The position numbers were made by a program, and so were the translations under genes. A stretch of 64,000 bases of DNA from positions 337,492-401,491 of the forward strand of contig CAZXUJ010000001.1 of NCBI GenBank assembly GCA_964643995.1. The letters run 5' to 3'. Within the stretch, counting starts at the first letter, position 1. Each line of letters opens with the position of its first letter. Shown in pieces: positions 45,917 to 54,540 of the stretch. Under the pieces are notes generated by a model that was given only the letters and a program-made list of their open reading frames with translations, was not told where the DNA came from and searched no databases. Origin of the DNA: an uncultured Candidatus Saccharibacteria bacterium (GTDB taxonomy: Bacteria; Patescibacteriota; WWE3; UBA101185; UBA10185).

Positions 45917-46717
45917 ATGCTTGAAAACGAAATTCCCAGAATCATTCCCATTTGGAAACCTGTTGGTGAATCAACTCACAGGATTGCTAAAAGTGTTTCT
46001 GAGGTTTACAACATCCTCTCGTCTCATACAGGAACATTAGACCCAATGGCAGAAGGTGTAATTGTTGTGCTAATCGACGAAACAAGGTTAAGAAAATATG
46101 AATATGCCAAGTGGAAAAAAACTTATGAATTTGACATTGTTTTGGGATTAAAATCCGACTCTTTAGACGGTCTTGGTATAGTAGAGATTGTAGAAAATAA
46201 GCAAACATTCAATTTCAAAAAACTTGAAAAAGTTTTGGATAGCATGCAAGGCGCATACACACAAAAAATACCTAACTACTCAGCTATTAAAGTAAAAGGT
46301 AAAGAACTTCATTGGTGGGCAAGAAATAACAGGCTAAGTGAAATAGAAATTCCAACAAGATCTGGTGAAATAGATGACCTGAAACTTATGGAGATAACAC
46401 AGACGAGGTTTGGAGAAATTGCTTTGCAGACAATAAAGGACATTAGGTTAGTAGATGGGGACTTGCGGCAAGATTTAGCAATAGCCTGTTGGAAAAATAT
46501 AGAAAATAAATACGGAGGTGAAAAAACAACAAAATTCAAGCTTAGGGTTCAAATGTCCAAAGGGTTATACGTAAGACAGCTAACTCAAGATATATTGGGT
46601 ATGATTGGATTGATAGGGATCACTTTAAACATAAAACGTACACAAAACGGAAAGTACGCTCAAAACAACTGCTACACGTTGAGTCAAATAATTCCAATAA
46701 CCAGGCCTCACAAATAA
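45917..46717 (+). CDS. truB: tRNA pseudouridine(55) synthase TruB-like
   Basis: HTGTLDPMAEGVIVVLI, the catalytic Asp motif of TruB-family pseudouridine synthases. Confidence 0.65.
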   Translation: MLENEIPRIIPIWKPVGESTHRIAKSVSEVYNILSSHTGTLDPMAEGVIVVLIDETRLRKYEYAKWKKTYEFDIVLGLKSDSLDGLGIVEIVENKQTFNFKKLEKVLDSMQGAYTQKIPNYSAIKVKGKELHWWARNNRLSEIEIPTRSGEIDDLKLMEITQTRFGEIALQTIKDIRLVDGDLRQDLAIACWKNIENKYGGEKTTKFKLRVQMSKGLYVRQLTQDILGMIGLIGITLNIKRTQNGKYAQNNCYTLSQIIPITRPHK

Positions 46718-46743
46718 TCGCCGGAGGCGAGAGATAAAATTTT

Positions 46744-49062
46744 CTAATCTCTCGCTCCTGGCCATTCGCTAATTATCAAAGGTTTTTCGTTAGGCAATAA
46801 ATTCAACCATATTTCTTCAGTCACAAAAGGCATAAATGGATGAAGCAACTTCAAAGATGTCAAATATAAGTGACGTAAAACCGGTAAGGCTACCTGTTTA
46901 TCCTCACGATTCTTTACATTTTCAATATAACTAGACGCCATGTCATCCCACATGAAATGATATATATCCTCCCCCGCTTGTGCGAATCTGTATTTTTCAA
47001 GGTTTTCGTTTGTTGAAATGATTAGAGAATTCATTTTGCTAAGCATTTCCCGATCAATGTCTTTGAGGGAATCAGTATCCAATCCGTTGAAGCTACAAAG
47101 AGTATTTCCAGTATCTTTTTGGTATGACTCCTCCATTAAACCCATGAATCTAGCCATATTCCAGATCTTATTTGCAAAATTCCTATAGCCTAAAACCTTA
47201 TCATGCGGAAACGCAAAGTCTTTACCACCAGCAGTACCAGATATTAAGCCCATACGTAAGGCATCCGCACCAAATTCACTTACATAGTCCAAAGGGTCAA
47301 CTTGATTACCCAAGCTTTTGCTCATTTTTCGACCATCCGATGCACGAACCAAACCATGTAAATAAACATCACTAAACGGTGGTTTACCTGTTAAGTAAAT
47401 GCCAAACATAATCATTCTTGAAACCCAAAAGCGGAGTATTTCCCAGCCGGTTTCCAATACTGCCGTAGGATAAAAGTAGTTAAAATCGGCACTGTCGGGA
47501 TAACCCAAAGTAACGAGCGGCCAATGCCCAGAAGAAAACCAAGTATCGAAGGTGTCTGTTTCTGGAAGCCACCTACCTGGCGTTTCAGGCTCTTTGTCAC
47601 TTATTTCGTACAAAATTTCGTCTTCAGATTTCTCCCATAAAGGAACCCGCAATTGTTGTAAACCTGATTTAATCTCGTCAAAAGGGAATTCCTTTAATAA
47701 ATCTTCAAGAGAGCCATTAAGTTGCCTACCATCTTTAGCAACAAAACTAAGAGTTACTAAAGACTCATGACCTTGTACGTTATACCAAACCGGAATACGT
47801 ATACCCCATACAATCTGACGACTAATCGGCCAATCATGCATTTCCTCCATCCAACGATGATATTTTGTTTCTTGCCACTCGGGATAGATCTTAACCTCAC
47901 CATTTTTTACAACATTAAGCGCCGGTTGTTTCAGGGATTTTTCTGGATGGTCCACACGAACAAACCAGTTAGGTAAGATAAGATTTTCAATTTGATTTTT
48001 GCATTTATAGCAAGTCGCAACAGAATGCTGGTACTTTTCATTAATATTTTCTTTTTTTAACAAACCCTTTGCAATTAGTATTTCTACAGCCTTAGCACGG
48101 GCTTGTTTAGCATATAAACCATCAAATCCAAGTTCGGTAGGAGAATTTATCATTTTTCCGTCAACGCCCACTGCAGTCATCAAGGGGAGTTTATGACGTT
48201 TAGCAGCTTCATAATCGTTCTTATCATGGGCTGGTGTTAACTTAACCACGCCGGTCCCAAACTCTGGGTCCACGAATGAATCAGCAATAATGGTCATCGA
48301 TGCCCCCGTAAGAGGGTTTTCAAGTTGGCGACCAATAAGCCACTTTTTACTTTCATCATCTGGGTTAACTGCTAAATGTGTGTCAACATAAATTGGCTCA
48401 GGTCGGGTGGTCGCAACTTGCACAAATTCTGGTTCATTAGAATGGCTATCCAGTAAGACGTAATCAATATAGTAAAGCGGGGTGTTTTTATCTGTATACT
48501 CTATTTCAAGATCTGAAAGGGTTGTTCCGCAGTGTGTACAGTAGTTAACCATATACTCACCTCGGTAAACTAACTCATCAGCATGCATCTTTTTGAAGGT
48601 TTTATGCACAGTCTGGATGACATCATCGTCTAAAGTGAATTTTTTACGCGACCAGTCGAGACTTGGGCCTAGGCTTCTAACCTGAGCATATATCACGTCA
48701 CCCTGCTCACGCACAAAATCATAGACCATGTTGTACAATGTTTTGCGGTCATAGTCCATCCTAGACTTACCTTCTTTTTTTAAATTTTTTTCAAAAACTG
48801 ACTGAGTCTCAAAACCCGCATGATCAGTTCCTGGTACCCACAAAGCAGAATAACCCTGCATTCTTTTCCAACGAATCAACAAGTCCTCGATTGCAATCAT
48901 CAAAGCATGCCCAACATGTAATTTACCGTTTGAGTTAGGTGGTGGCAAAACTATGGTATAGGACTTTTTAGCTGGGTCAGTTTTCGGAGTAAAATAACCA
49001 CCCTCTTCCCATAGATCGTAGATTTTTGGTTCTATTTCTTTGTGATTGTATGTTTTATTCAT
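46744..49062 (-). CDS. valS: Valyl-tRNA synthetase (C-terminally short form)
   Basis: PPPNSNGKLHVGHAL (HIGH region) and KMSKSLGN; class I editing synthetase layout. 772 aa, so it lacks the long C-terminal coiled coil. Confidence 0.8.
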   Translation of the reverse strand: MNKTYNHKEIEPKIYDLWEEGGYFTPKTDPAKKSYTIVLPPPNSNGKLHVGHALMIAIEDLLIRWKRMQGYSALWVPGTDHAGFETQSVFEKNLKKEGKSRMDYDRKTLYNMVYDFVREQGDVIYAQVRSLGPSLDWSRKKFTLDDDVIQTVHKTFKKMHADELVYRGEYMVNYCTHCGTTLSDLEIEYTDKNTPLYYIDYVLLDSHSNEPEFVQVATTRPEPIYVDTHLAVNPDDESKKWLIGRQLENPLTGASMTIIADSFVDPEFGTGVVKLTPAHDKNDYEAAKRHKLPLMTAVGVDGKMINSPTELGFDGLYAKQARAKAVEILIAKGLLKKENINEKYQHSVATCYKCKNQIENLILPNWFVRVDHPEKSLKQPALNVVKNGEVKIYPEWQETKYHRWMEEMHDWPISRQIVWGIRIPVWYNVQGHESLVTLSFVAKDGRQLNGSLEDLLKEFPFDEIKSGLQQLRVPLWEKSEDEILYEISDKEPETPGRWLPETDTFDTWFSSGHWPLVTLGYPDSADFNYFYPTAVLETGWEILRFWVSRMIMFGIYLTGKPPFSDVYLHGLVRASDGRKMSKSLGNQVDPLDYVSEFGADALRMGLISGTAGGKDFAFPHDKVLGYRNFANKIWNMARFMGLMEESYQKDTGNTLCSFNGLDTDSLKDIDREMLSKMNSLIISTNENLEKYRFAQAGEDIYHFMWDDMASSYIENVKNREDKQVALPVLRHLYLTSLKLLHPFMPFVTEEIWLNLLPNEKPLIISEWPGARD

Positions 49063-49070
49063 AATTTTCC

Positions 49071-49307
49071 TTATTCCTCAACTTCTCCATCTACTGGCTT
49101 GGCTTCATTATCAAACGTAAACTTTCCTTCAGTTTTTTTCCTTTTGTAGTAATCAAGAATCATTGTTACAACCAAAAGCAAGTCCTCAGTGTAGCCCAAA
49201 GGCATTAACACATCAGGAATTAAATCAATAGGTGAAATAACGTAAACAACTACTAGAATTAACTTCCAATGCCTTTTTATAAAACTTTTTAGTTTCACTA
49301 AATTCAT
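49071..49307 (-). CDS. DUF1232 (YkvA-like) small membrane protein
   Basis: ISPIDLIPDVLMPLGYTEDLL motif. AAGGGAG RBS lies 8 nt before the chosen ATG. Confidence 0.5.
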   Translation of the reverse strand: MNLVKLKSFIKRHWKLILVVVYVISPIDLIPDVLMPLGYTEDLLLVVTMILDYYKRKKTEGKFTFDNEAKPVDGEVEE

Positions 49308-49322
49308 AAAAAATGCTCCCTT

Positions 49323-49355
49323 AAAAACAAAAAAACCTCTCACAACAGAGAGGTT
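49323..49355 (-). terminator. Intrinsic terminator/attenuator hairpin immediately upstream of the DUF1232 gene
   Basis: The minus strand reads GGAACCUCUC-uguugu-GAGAGGUU followed by UUUUUUUGUUUUU. It lies 12 nt before the RBS of the downstream gene. Confidence 0.55.
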
Positions 49356-49567
49356 CCATAATTAAATGGAAGGTACCAACCTTCAAACATACTTATTTAC
49401 AGCTGTAACGGGCATTCCCGACGGAGTCTAGCAATAAGGCGCACCTTATGTTCTTTCCGCAGCTCGCTTGGTGACATTACTTCCAAGCTCAACGCTTTTT
49501 TGACTTATTTGCAATTTTATACATAATAGCGATTGTTTGCAAATATCACGTATGAGGAGGCTTGGTC

Positions 49568-49813
49568 ATGTTAAGAAATAGTACGGTATGCCCACATTGT
49601 GGGCGAATTCTGAGGTATTGGTTTTTTGCACCAATGTGGTGCAAAGGTTGCGGATGGGATTTTGTTACCAATGTTTTCCGAAAAATTCGTGACAATGGAA
49701 AATGTGTTTGCGGGCATTCAGCCGCAATGCACAGTCTAAGTAACGGGGGATGTCGGAAACGTGATTGTTACTGCGACGGGTTCATATCAAAAGGCACAAA
49801 TCTGTTCGAGTAA
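49568..49813 (+). CDS. Small Cys-rich protein (putative zinc-binding)
   Basis: GAGGAGG SD lies 8 nt upstream of ATG. CPHCG, CKGCG, CVCGH and CRKRDCYCDG motifs. Confidence 0.4.
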   Translation: MLRNSTVCPHCGRILRYWFFAPMWCKGCGWDFVTNVFRKIRDNGKCVCGHSAAMHSLSNGGCRKRDCYCDGFISKGTNLFE

Positions 49814-49869
49814 CAAAACTCAGTGCTTGTGGGAAGAACCCAATTAGTATACCTACACGCACTGGTTAT

Positions 49870-50643
49870 TTATTCAAAATTTTTTAGGAAATACATCAAA
49901 GCAATACCAACTAAAAACAATAATGTTGATATTATCGAACGCTGAAGGTCGTCATCCTTGCGCAGTTCTGGCAAGAGGTCAGACGTTGATACATAAATAA
50001 AACCCCCAGCAGCGAAAGGAAGCAAAAATCCTAAAAGTATTTCAGTGTAAGATGATAGAAAATACCCTGTTATTCCACCCAAGACAGCGGTTAAAGCAAC
50101 AAGAAGGTTCATTAAGAGAGCCTTTCGTTTTTCGACCCCAGAATAAACTAGGACTCCATAATCGCTTATTTCCTGAGGCACTTCATGAAAAGTTAATGCC
50201 ACAGTGGAAGCAATACCTAGGGGAACACTTACTAAAAATGTTCCTGCAATAATCATGCCATCAATAAAATTGTGAATTGCATCACCAATAAGATTCATGT
50301 GACCAAAAGTATGCTCTTCGCAAGACGCATCGTGACAATGACGCCAGTGCAAAAGTTTTTCTATGAGAAAAAACGTAATAAATGACAGTACTGTAATAAG
50401 AAAAACATTATCAAGTGCCATGCTTTCGGCTGCCTCAGGGAGTAAATGAAAGAAGGCACCACCTAGCAAAGTACCAGTAGATAGACCAACCAAATAGATT
50501 AAAACTCTACCCATCAACTTTGGACTTAGTGACAGGACCAGAATCCCAACCAATGAAAGAAGACTTATAAAGGTCGTTGTTAAAATAATGTAGGTCAATA
50601 TGCTCATATAGATATATTTTATTGATAAAATGAATATATGCAA
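49870..50643 (-). CDS. ZIP family metal transporter (ZupT-like)
   Basis: HNFIDGMIIAG and HEVPQEISDYGVL motifs; 8 TM helices. Confidence 0.75.
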   Translation of the reverse strand: MHIFILSIKYIYMSILTYIILTTTFISLLSLVGILVLSLSPKLMGRVLIYLVGLSTGTLLGGAFFHLLPEAAESMALDNVFLITVLSFITFFLIEKLLHWRHCHDASCEEHTFGHMNLIGDAIHNFIDGMIIAGTFLVSVPLGIASTVALTFHEVPQEISDYGVLVYSGVEKRKALLMNLLVALTAVLGGITGYFLSSYTEILLGFLLPFAAGGFIYVSTSDLLPELRKDDDLQRSIISTLLFLVGIALMYFLKNFE

Positions 50644-51177
50644 AATAATCTAGAAGTGGCTACGTTTGCTGGAGGATGTTTCTGGTGTACCGAGGCGATA
50701 TTTAAGCGCATAAATGGTGTATCAAAGGTTTCATCCGGATATTCAGGCGGTGATATCGAAAACCCCACATATGAGCAAGTATGCAGAAAGGATACTGGGC
50801 ACGCCGAAGCAGTTCAATTAGAATTCGATCCAAAAGTAATCGCCTACAAGGATTTAGTTGAGATATTCTTTAACACTCATGATCCTACAACGTTGAATAG
50901 ACAGGGTAATGATGTAGGACCCCAGTATAGATCTGTTATCTTTTATCATAATGAACAACAACAAAGAGAGGCTAACGATGTCAAAAATGCGCTGGAAATA
51001 AGCAACAAATCTGCGAAACCAATTGTTACAAAGGTAGAAAAGTTCAAAAACTTTTACATAGCCGAAAAATATCATCAGAACTTTTTCGCCGAGAATCAGA
51101 CATACCCATACTGCCAATTGATAATAGAGCCAAAGGTGAAAAAGTTTCTAAACGACTACAAAGATGTTACAAGTTAA
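50638..51177 (+). CDS. msrA: Peptide methionine sulfoxide reductase
   Basis: FAGGCFWCTEAIF active-site motif and a GHAEAVQLEFDP block. Confidence 0.85.
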   Translation: MQNNLEVATFAGGCFWCTEAIFKRINGVSKVSSGYSGGDIENPTYEQVCRKDTGHAEAVQLEFDPKVIAYKDLVEIFFNTHDPTTLNRQGNDVGPQYRSVIFYHNEQQQREANDVKNALEISNKSAKPIVTKVEKFKNFYIAEKYHQNFFAENQTYPYCQLIIEPKVKKFLNDYKDVTS

Positions 51178-51694
51178 CGAAATTCATTAGGGCTTCTTTT
51201 GAAGTTGCGGCAAGCTCGCCTCGAGCAGCCATCTCCTTGATCTCATCCCTTGTACACCACAATGACGTCGTATGTTCAGGTGAATGACTGACTTCGTAAC
51301 CGTCAGTTAGAGCTATTTGAAGATAAGTGTTGGCGGGTACGCCATCATACTTCCCACCCTTCATAACACGGGTACTTTGCATATCTAGCTGATCTGGGAG
51401 AGTTATTTGTAACCCTGTTTCCTCAGCTACTTCACGAACTATACTTTCTGCGACAGTCTCACCGGGGTCAATTTTTCCTCCTGGGAGTTCAAACTTACCG
51501 GCATCAAATGAACCTTCTGAACGCTGTAATAATAGGGCACATGTTTGGCCATTTACTTCACTTAAGATGATAGCGCGCGCCATGTTAAGTTCTTTTGGGG
51601 TTTCAACTGATGGTATTGTGTTTGGAGACACAAAAGCGACTTCTGGTAAGGGAGACACAATTTCATGTGTTGCTGATTCTGTTCTTGGTGCCAT
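51167..51694 (-). CDS. NUDIX hydrolase
   Basis: Nudix box GGKIDPGETVAESIVREVAEETGL. Confidence 0.7.
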   Translation of the reverse strand: MAPRTESATHEIVSPLPEVAFVSPNTIPSVETPKELNMARAIILSEVNGQTCALLLQRSEGSFDAGKFELPGGKIDPGETVAESIVREVAEETGLQITLPDQLDMQSTRVMKGGKYDGVPANTYLQIALTDGYEVSHSPEHTTSLWCTRDEIKEMAARGELAATSKEALMNFVNL

Positions 51695-51772
51695 TAATAA
51701 ATAATGCTATATATAATAAAAAATGTCTACAAAATTGACACTATTTGGGAGCAGGAATATAACTAAGTGAAT

Positions 51773-51846
51773 GTCGGGGTGTGACGTGATGAGTACATCA
51801 CTACCACCCCTCCTTCGTCGGGGTGTGACGCTGACGCTACCACCCC
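51773..51846 (+). repeat. Two tandem tRNA-5'-half-like mini-elements upstream of tRNA-Pro(CGG)
   Basis: GTCGGGGTGTGACGTGATGAGTACATCACTACCACCCC at 51773-51810 and GTCGGGGTGTGACGCTGACGCTACCACCCC at 51817-51846. Each begins like the tRNA-Pro acceptor/D region and ends CACCCC. The first copy is near-identical to the element upstream of tRNA-Pro(GGG) at about 43212-43255 (minus strand). Confidence 0.6.
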
Positions 51847-51855
51847 TCATTTCTT

Positions 51856-51931
51856 CGGGGTGTAGCTCAGTTGGTAGAGTGCACGATTCGGGTTCGTGAG
51901 GCCGAGCGTTCGAGTCGCTCCACCCCGACCA
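51856..51931 (+). tRNA. tRNA-Pro (anticodon CGG)
   Basis: Acceptor CGGGGUG/CACCCCG, D-arm GCUC-AGUUGGUA-GAGU, anticodon stem CACGA/UCGUG with loop UUCGGGU, T-arm GAGCG-UUCGAGU-CGCUC, discriminator A, CCA encoded. Confidence 0.85.
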
Positions 51932-51992
51932 GTAAACTAATTTCATAGTGTTACATATTGCAATATATATTGGTGTTTAGTAATGTTTAGAA

Positions 51993-52247
51993 GTGGATAA
52001 ACTTTCAAGTAAACAATTACTGATAAATCTCTCAAAATTCGTTGCCGAACTAAGCATAAGACTAACATCGTTAGAGAACAAAGTAGAAGTGATGACTAAA
52101 AGAACTGAATCCTATCCAAAACTATACGAAAACGTGGATAAGATCTTGAAAGAAGTGGTGGAACATAGGCAGGAAAGGGCTTTTATTTCAAACAGACTGG
52201 CCTTACACGACAAACAACTTGCGAAACTAAGCTCCTCACATCAATGA
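51993..52247 (+). CDS. Hypothetical small coiled-coil protein
   Basis: 84-aa ORF with no family; its 3' end overlaps the following minus-strand gene. Confidence 0.3.
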   Translation: MDKLSSKQLLINLSKFVAELSIRLTSLENKVEVMTKRTESYPKLYENVDKILKEVVEHRQERAFISNRLALHDKQLAKLSSSHQ

Positions 52248-53442
52248 TATTGGCTAATATCAAAAAGAGACATACTACAGCTATAAATTGGTCTCGATAA
52301 GTAAACCAGAAGTGTATGTAGGCGTGGTTAGCTGCAAACATATACCACAGATAAGGCAACAACCCTAAAAACAATAAAGTAATAATTTTTGGTAATTGTT
52401 CACGTCGAAAATTGTGGAACTTAACAATCAGAAAAACGACCATAAGGATAATTGTAAGCAAGACAGGTGGGTTATTGCCTAAAAGATAGAATAGATTGTA
52501 TTTGATGACTTCTTGATGGGCTAATCCAGCACTATCCATACTACCTGTTCGTAATAAGACATTAACTACCGCGGTAGAGATAGAACCTGGAATAACTAAC
52601 TCAGCTAAAAACCACTTTGTAAGCCAAAACCCCGACCAACCAGAAAACCAAGACAAACAGTTAAGTAAAAGCTTTCGGTTAGAATAGTTCTGAAGCTCCG
52701 CAGATACTAGTAACAACAAGCCAAGCGCGAAGATAGGGGCACTCAGCAAATCAATAAAAACGGTCAATATTCCTGACACAAAGAAAATGATATATAAGTC
52801 TTTTTCTGGTCTAAAAGTATGCAACATATAGGTTACGATGATGAAGTTCAAAATAAAAATACCCGAAAGGTGAATCGACCAACCAACAAACAACACATCC
52901 ACTGCAAGTAAACCTAAAACAATCGAGAAAAAAAATGTTTTTGTGGTCTTGTTCCATAAATTGTAAAGAAATACCCCTAAACTAAAAAGTAGCGAAGCAG
53001 TTAGTAAAATACGGATTTCGGCATAAGAAAAAAATACCAAAAGTGGTCGCAGATAAACAAGATACCCATGCCAATATCTAGAATATTCTACCGGACTAGT
53101 TAAACCACTATTATGTAATTGCTCTAGATTTTCAATTTGGTGTAGGTAATTACCATCAGCTTCTTGCCTAACATTGGCGAGAGATGAAAGAATCGGAGAA
53201 GTACTGTCAACCGAATACGCAGTATTTAACATTAATAGATCACCAAAATTATCATTCTGAACTTGTCGCCAAGTCGGTCCAATCTTCGGATACAAGCCTT
53301 CACTCTTCAATACTGGAATACTCTTACCAATATTATCACGCAAATAGCTCGAGGGAATCATACACGACAACACTAACAAACCAAACAATACCAACAATAA
53401 AACAACATAAACATAAAAAAACTTTAGTAGCTGGTTAAACAT
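52183..53442 (-). CDS. Polytopic integral membrane protein (hypothetical)
   Basis: 419 aa with about 10 hydrophobic helices. Confidence 0.45.
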   Translation of the reverse strand: MFNQLLKFFYVYVVLLLVLFGLLVLSCMIPSSYLRDNIGKSIPVLKSEGLYPKIGPTWRQVQNDNFGDLLMLNTAYSVDSTSPILSSLANVRQEADGNYLHQIENLEQLHNSGLTSPVEYSRYWHGYLVYLRPLLVFFSYAEIRILLTASLLFSLGVFLYNLWNKTTKTFFFSIVLGLLAVDVLFVGWSIHLSGIFILNFIIVTYMLHTFRPEKDLYIIFFVSGILTVFIDLLSAPIFALGLLLLVSAELQNYSNRKLLLNCLSWFSGWSGFWLTKWFLAELVIPGSISTAVVNVLLRTGSMDSAGLAHQEVIKYNLFYLLGNNPPVLLTIILMVVFLIVKFHNFRREQLPKIITLLFLGLLPYLWYMFAANHAYIHFWFTYRDQFIAVVCLFLILANIIDVRSLVSQVVCRVRPVCLK

Positions 53443-53453
53443 TTATAAAGTCA

Positions 53454-54428
53454 TTATAAACGAGATTTTGTAGACGCAGTCATATCAGCAAGAACTACTA
53501 GGCCAAGGAAAATAGTAAACCCAATAAGTCCTGTAGTTAGTCCAATATGGAATTTTTCATGCATCAAAAGTATCGCTTCGGAAAAAGATTTGTAAGCAAG
53601 ATATATAAAAGCGTAAGCAGCCAAGATGGATAACAAGGGACTAACAACAATTTTTTTTGTTAGAGCGGGTGAAGTGAAGATAAGAATATCGATTAAAATG
53701 TCTGCAAAGTAAATGCCTATCAATAAGCTAAAAACATTATAGATAGTCATTGCACCCATATAGCCTACAAGGTCGTCTAGACCAATTATAAAAGGCAGAA
53801 AAAATGACCAGCTGGCTAGACTCTTAAGTGACATTTTCTTGACATTAGGACTACCAAGTTCTGGCATCCAAAAGGTGAAAAGTCTAGTGGGATAATATAA
53901 AACTTCAAGGAGTGTAGTAGTAAATCTGCTAAAGTATTTGTTGATGTTTGAGTGTTCATCAAAGTATTCTTTACCCTCATAAGCTAGTTTTAGCATTACG
54001 CTTCCTGCAAATATTAACAAGGGCAATATTAGCCAAGAGATTTCTTTAGCGTAACCCCACAAAAACAAAACAACACTCACACCAACAAAACAACCCACAC
54101 ATGTGAATACATTCATGATAAAACGTGCTCTTAGTCCGGGGTTTACATTTTGCATGCGTCCTACTATCAAAGCGTAATCCACAGCAGTAACAAAATATAG
54201 AAAAAAACCAACAATGAAATCAAGCGGGCGCAAAATTAGCTGAATAGGCTCAGTTATAGAAGGATTAATAAAAAAAACAATAAAAAAGCGTGACAACTCT
54301 ACAAAAGCGAAAAACAACACAATGCAAACAATGATAGGAAGCAATTGGTTAACGATACGCGTCTTAGTACTATTAGGCGTGGAGTCAATTTTCTCTATAA
54401 AATTATTTAGCTTTCGGAGAAGTTGCAT
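53454..54428 (-). CDS. Polytopic integral membrane protein (hypothetical)
   Basis: 324 aa with about 8 hydrophobic helices; tandem with the preceding membrane protein gene. Confidence 0.45.
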   Translation of the reverse strand: MQLLRKLNNFIEKIDSTPNSTKTRIVNQLLPIIVCIVLFFAFVELSRFFIVFFINPSITEPIQLILRPLDFIVGFFLYFVTAVDYALIVGRMQNVNPGLRARFIMNVFTCVGCFVGVSVVLFLWGYAKEISWLILPLLIFAGSVMLKLAYEGKEYFDEHSNINKYFSRFTTTLLEVLYYPTRLFTFWMPELGSPNVKKMSLKSLASWSFFLPFIIGLDDLVGYMGAMTIYNVFSLLIGIYFADILIDILIFTSPALTKKIVVSPLLSILAAYAFIYLAYKSFSEAILLMHEKFHIGLTTGLIGFTIFLGLVVLADMTASTKSRL

Positions 54429-54540
54429 AGTCTCTTCGTATTTATTGTGTCAAATATTACCAAGAAAAGTGTACAGTACAAAGAAACTAAGAGTTGACAC
54501 CCCCTATAGACTTTGTACAATGACTTAAAGATAGGCAAAA

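Noticed and set aside
49440-49515. Plus-strand hairpin GCTTGG...CCAAGC followed by a T6 tract as a plus-strand terminator
   Set aside because: There are 7 nt between the stem and the T-run, and no upstream plus-strand gene would need it. The same sequence is better explained as part of the minus-strand leader RNA.
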